59,921 nucleotides of DNA, from NCBI GenBank assembly GCA_002688015.1, contig NZBT01000011.1, forward strand, positions 1-59,921. Reading direction: 5' to 3'. Under the pieces are notes generated by a model. That model worked only from the letters and a program-made list of their open reading frames with translations. It was not told the DNA's origin and did no database searches. The position numbers were made by a program, and so were the translations under genes. Shown here piece by piece: positions 57,799 through 59,921 of this stretch (the first letter of the stretch is position 1; every line of letters starts with the position of its first letter). Source of the stretch: Candidatus Pacearchaeota archaeon (GTDB taxonomy: Archaea > Nanobdellota > Nanobdellia > Pacearchaeales > GW2011-AR1).

Positions 57799-58071
57799 AT
57801 GGCAAAAGAAAAAGAAGAAAGCCTTGGAAAAGAAGTAGGTGAAGTATCTGACTATTTCTCACATGTAGAAGTAGCAGCCTTGAAAGTTTCTGGAAAGATT
57901 AGCGTTGGAGACAAGATAAGAATTAAAGGTCATACAACAGATTTCGAACAAACAATAGACTCCATGCAAATAGATAGAAAAGATGTTGAATCTGTAAAAA
58001 AAGGAGATGATGTAGGAATAAAAGTCTCTGATCGTGTCAGAAAACACGATAAAGTGTATCTTGTTAAATAA
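57799..58071 (+). CDS. EF-Tu domain II-like / peptidase U32 C-terminal beta-barrel protein
   Basis: VGEVSDYFSHVEVA, GDKIRIKG..TDFEQ..SMQI, VGIKV..RVR..DKVY. Confidence 0.8.
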   Translation: MAKEKEESLGKEVGEVSDYFSHVEVAALKVSGKISVGDKIRIKGHTTDFEQTIDSMQIDRKDVESVKKGDDVGIKVSDRVRKHDKVYLVK

Positions 58072-58127
58072 TTTCTAATTATCTCTCAGAGGAATCTTTT
58101 TAAAGCAACTATAATTCTACTCATTAG

Positions 58128-58295
58128 GCTCCTGTAGTCTAGTGGCCAAAGATACTGCCCTCTCGTGTGCCGAGGATTACCTCTCTGGAGAATATCCTCA
58201 GTTCTCTCTAGGACAGGCCAAAAGTTTTGTGCCTCTTCAATATTGAAGGGGCACGGAGAACGGCGGTGACCCGGGTTCGACTCCCGGCAGGAGCA
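58128..58295 (+). tRNA. tRNA-Glu(CUC) with a 95-nt intron at 37/38 (58166-58260)
   Basis: Acceptor GCTCCTG/CAGGAGC; canonical BHB with CTCT/GGAG helix, 3-nt bulges and outer helix GTGCC/GGCAC. Confidence 0.95.
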
Positions 58296-58340
58296 TCTTT
58301 GTTCACAGATGCGAGTACTCGAGCAATAGTGAATCAAAGA
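58296..58340 (+). repeat. 45-nt tRNA-trailer hairpin, copy 2
   Basis: Homologous to 7929-7973. Confidence 0.8.
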
Positions 58341-58350
58341 AAAAAACAAA

Positions 58351-58515
58351 ATGGTAAAGAAGAAGAAATGTTTTGAATGCAAGAAGGAATTTGAAGTCAA
58401 ACCTACTGCGAGGTATGTTAGAAAATATTGCGACACTTGCGGTAAAAAAAGAAAGAAAATGTGGGATAATCAATGGAAATTGAAGTTTGAAGACTTCGAT
58501 GATGATGACGAATAA
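58351..58515 (+). CDS. 54-aa zinc-ribbon protein, not in the ORF track
   Basis: MVKKKKCFECKKEFEVKPTARYVRKYCDTCGKKRKKMWDNQWKLKFEDFDDDDE. Confidence 0.75.
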   Translation: MVKKKKCFECKKEFEVKPTARYVRKYCDTCGKKRKKMWDNQWKLKFEDFDDDDE

Positions 58516-59268
58516 CTAAAGCCTTAGCTTCCCATCTCTCCAATCCCTAATTACTTGAAAAATAGTCCTATGCTCATCAACCCTATTTCCTTTCAGTAAA
58601 AAACCTCGAGCCCTCCCTATTTCCAATAAAATATCATATTTATCGCTCCCTTCCCCAATTTTCATTTTATAAAATTTTTCTAAATTTTCTTTTCCATAAT
58701 CCAAAAACATTTTTATAATTTCCAAAGCCACAGATTCTGGATCTCTCAACCTCTCCGGATTCTTAGCTCCTAAAATTCCAAGCATTATTTCATCATCACT
58801 CCATGGCACAACTCCAGGACTGTCAAGAATCCTAAGACTTCCTGCATTCACCCACTGAATCCCTCTTGTAGTTCCTGCTTTGTTAGAAACTTTTGCTCTA
58901 GCTCTTTTAGCCAAAGCATTAATTATGGCACTCTTTCCGACATTTGGATATCCAACAATTCCAATCATTGGCTCTGCGATTCCTGCCCTCTTAGAAGAAA
59001 TTAGAATCTTTTCCTTTAATTTTCTCATTCCAATATTCCTAACCCCAGAAACAAAAACACTATCTTTCTCTTTTGCTTTTAAAAAATTCAAATAATCTTT
59101 CGAAACAAGATCAATCTTCGTATAAACTTTAATTAATATCTTTTTATGGAGTTTAATAAGATCTTCTACTTCATCATTCCTAGAAATCTTAGGCATTCTC
59201 GCATCCATAATTTCCAATACAACATCACTTTCATTTACAACTTTCTTAACTACTGGCCAAAATCCCAT
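58516..59268 (-). CDS. Circularly permuted ribosome-biogenesis GTPase (RbgA/YlqF-like)
   Basis: DARMP, TKID (G4) before GYPNVGKS (G1), GTTRG, DSPG. Confidence 0.93.
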   Translation of the reverse strand: MGFWPVVKKVVNESDVVLEIMDARMPKISRNDEVEDLIKLHKKILIKVYTKIDLVSKDYLNFLKAKEKDSVFVSGVRNIGMRKLKEKILISSKRAGIAEPMIGIVGYPNVGKSAIINALAKRARAKVSNKAGTTRGIQWVNAGSLRILDSPGVVPWSDDEIMLGILGAKNPERLRDPESVALEIIKMFLDYGKENLEKFYKMKIGEGSDKYDILLEIGRARGFLLKGNRVDEHRTIFQVIRDWRDGKLRL

Positions 59269-59299
59269 GCCTCTCCTAAACAAAGAAGGCTTTTAATCC

Positions 59300-59533
59300 T
59301 TACTCAAACAAAGAATTATAACACGGAACATGAAAATATAAAAGACTCGCCCCTTTTCCATGCTTCACAACAACTTCGTAAGCATCATCTCCATCAATTT
59401 CGCCAACACAAGACTCACATCTATGATAATCTTTCTTACGAAAAATAACATCTACGCTTGGATCGTCAAAGGTTATTCTTGTTGCTAAATCTTTAAAGAA
59501 TACTTCTCTTTGCGCACCTATATCAATTCCCAT
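59300..59533 (-). CDS. Small putative zinc-binding protein
   Basis: CESC..HVPC. Confidence 0.5.
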   Translation of the reverse strand: MGIDIGAQREVFFKDLATRITFDDPSVDVIFRKKDYHRCESCVGEIDGDDAYEVVVKHGKGASLLYFHVPCYNSLFE

Positions 59534-59570
59534 AATAATTCAAAGCATCCAAAAAATATAAACCTATTTA

Positions 59571-59843
59571 TCAATTATCTCTCAAAGGAGCAAGAAAAGA
59601 ATCTCCTGCTTTAATCTCTCTAAAACAACTTCTACAAGAACAATATCTCTCAATATGTTTCCTATCATTATCATCAACAAAATTTCTAGCCAATAGTATC
59701 ATTCCTCCCTCAATATGCTCTGAACAGAAATAACAATGATTATTTGGAGAGGGCAAATCAATCAACGTTAATTTCCCCTGTCTAACTTCCTCAATCAAAT
59801 TATCTCTATTCTCCCAGTAATCTATTCCTGCAATAATTTTCAT
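59571..59843 (-). CDS. Small putative zinc-finger protein
   Basis: CYFC..CRSC. Confidence 0.55.
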   Translation of the reverse strand: MKIIAGIDYWENRDNLIEEVRQGKLTLIDLPSPNNHCYFCSEHIEGGMILLARNFVDDNDRKHIERYCSCRSCFREIKAGDSFLAPLRDN

Positions 59844-59921
59844 GATTTTTCATGAAAAGCAATCTTTATAAACACACTTTTTCTCTGCCTATCATGAAGC
59901 GTTCCTCAAGAAGATGGAAAA

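Noticed and set aside
58086-58436. 116-aa minus-strand ORF
   Set aside because: Antisense to tRNA-Glu(CUC) and the zinc-ribbon gene.
1-59921. CRISPR array or cas genes
   Set aside because: No regularly spaced 25-45 nt repeats. The Cas4-like cysteines belong to the helicase-nuclease fusion.

Overview
Chromosomal segment of a small-genome DPANN archaeon, most likely Pacearchaeota or a relative. This is inferred from the archaeal information-processing genes, BHB-type tRNA introns, tRNA-Ile(UAU), and TATA boxes about 29-31 nt before leaderless starts; the genetic code appears standard. The backbone is the conserved archaeal infB-rps6e-eif2g-rpoE1-spt4-rps24e-rps27ae cluster, broken up by orphan insertions. 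Also present are hisS, cysS, serS, pheS/pheT, kae1, ychF, scpA, dut/thyA, pyrH, a UvrD-nuclease fusion, a 2172-aa modular surface protein, a RelBE-like pair and 8 tRNA genes, 4 of them with introns. The main unexplained feature is a ~2.7 kb enzyme-less element (20258-22960). Its two GC-rich non-coding ends are complementary through six nested 7-11 bp helices and enclose a TrmB regulator plus two divergent cargo genes. Other candidates are a covarying 45-nt hairpin directly behind two different tRNAs, two promoter-driven small RNAs that begin with an anti-SD-like UCACCUC, an HNH gene overlapping tRNA-Trp next to a collapsed tRNA remnant, and apparently leaderless tRNA genes together with a truncated Rpp30. 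All protein calls come from motif recognition by eye; no searches or folding programs were run.
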